Shown one piece after another: positions 63,281 through 64,000 of a DNA stretch of 64,000 bases. Origin of the DNA: Octopus bimaculoides (taxonomy: Eukaryota); the NCBI RefSeq assembly GCF_001194135.2, contig NC_069004.1, positions 2,008,388 to 2,072,387 of the forward strand, in the 5' to 3' direction. The notes beneath the pieces were generated by a model, which saw only the letters and a list, made by a program, of their open reading frames with translations, was not told where the DNA came from and ran no database searches. Both the position numbers and the translations under genes were made by a program. Within the stretch, counting starts at the first letter, position 1. Each line of letters opens with the position of its first letter.

Positions 63281-64000
63281 GACAGAGGCTTCCACACATT
63301 TTCCACTTACTTCATGCACTCACAAGGCATTAATAGGCTTTAGCAGAAAGCTCTTGCCCAAGGTGTCACACAGTGGAACTGAACCTGAAACTAATTAGTG
63401 GTTATGAAGCAAACTTCTCAACCACACAACCATGTCTGCACTTTGTTAATAATTTTAAAAGGTGCCTGTATATGATGGCTTCTGTACAGTTTCCATTGAT
63501 TTATTCATAAGTCAGTGGACTATAACAGAAGACACTTTCCAAGGCACCGTGCAATGAGAATGAAGTCAAAATCCTGTGGTTGTAAACTTCTTCGGCGCAC
63601 AATTTCGCCTCTGTCTCTTCTACATTTTTCAATGATTGGAGGTTTGTTAGCGAAAAATGAGATCAAAATACAATAATACTTCGCTATGGAAAAAAATAAA
63701 AAAGCAAAAAAACAAAATGCTACTAGTCATTGCACAAAAATAAAATTCTTCCATTGACTGTCGTCATCCAAACTAAAACAGCTCTATTAAAAATAATAAA
63801 CATAGAGAATTAAATTAAAACTAATTATGCACTAAGGAGAAATCATCATTAAGAATTTAATTAGAAGCACATATGCACAAGTTATTGAAAATAATTGTAT
63901 CATAAGTAATTGTAATCAGATTTTTCATACTTTGCAAATATGATACATTAACACTAACTTAACTATTGTTTTTTCATACAGGTGGTGTCTCTGAGTAAGC

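Noticed and set aside
1-64000. CRISPR arrays, rRNA genes, prokaryotic operons or horizontally acquired genes
   Set aside because: None were seen. The window is spliceosomal-intron eukaryotic DNA with no repeat-spacer periodicity and no long intronless ORFs.

Overview
AT-rich, microsatellite- and SINE-dense animal DNA; the repeat landscape suggests a coleoid cephalopod such as Octopus (inference). Two protein genes are supported. (1) On the + strand, the last exon of RNA polymerase common subunit RPB6 (POLR2F) lies at 149-239 with its poly(A) signals. (2) On the - strand, convergent with it, is a complete SAPS-family PP6 regulatory subunit gene (PPP6R3-like). I reconstructed 25 GT-AG coding exons from ATG at 34903 to TGA at 9178, all phase-compatible, giving 955 aa from MFWKF... 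to ...NGPV*. Its 5' end is probably a CpG-rich promoter near 60 kb, which implies a roughly 25-kb first intron. The rest is intron or intergenic DNA with tRNA-derived SINEs, RTE and Penelope retroelement remnants, Tc1/mariner, hAT and piggyBac-like MITEs, and two N gaps. The main leads are: an 18-nt in-frame microexon (KPNYSQ) with the UGC/branch-point layout of Srrm/eMIC-type neural microexons, flanked by two candidate frame-preserving poison exons, one sharing an exact 16-nt donor module with it; a type I hammerhead-like motif; an HDV-like ribozyme fold at the 5' end of an RTE-like element; fold-back dsRNA structures in introns; and a possible divergent + strand gene. All coordinates were read by hand, and no database search or RNA folding was run.
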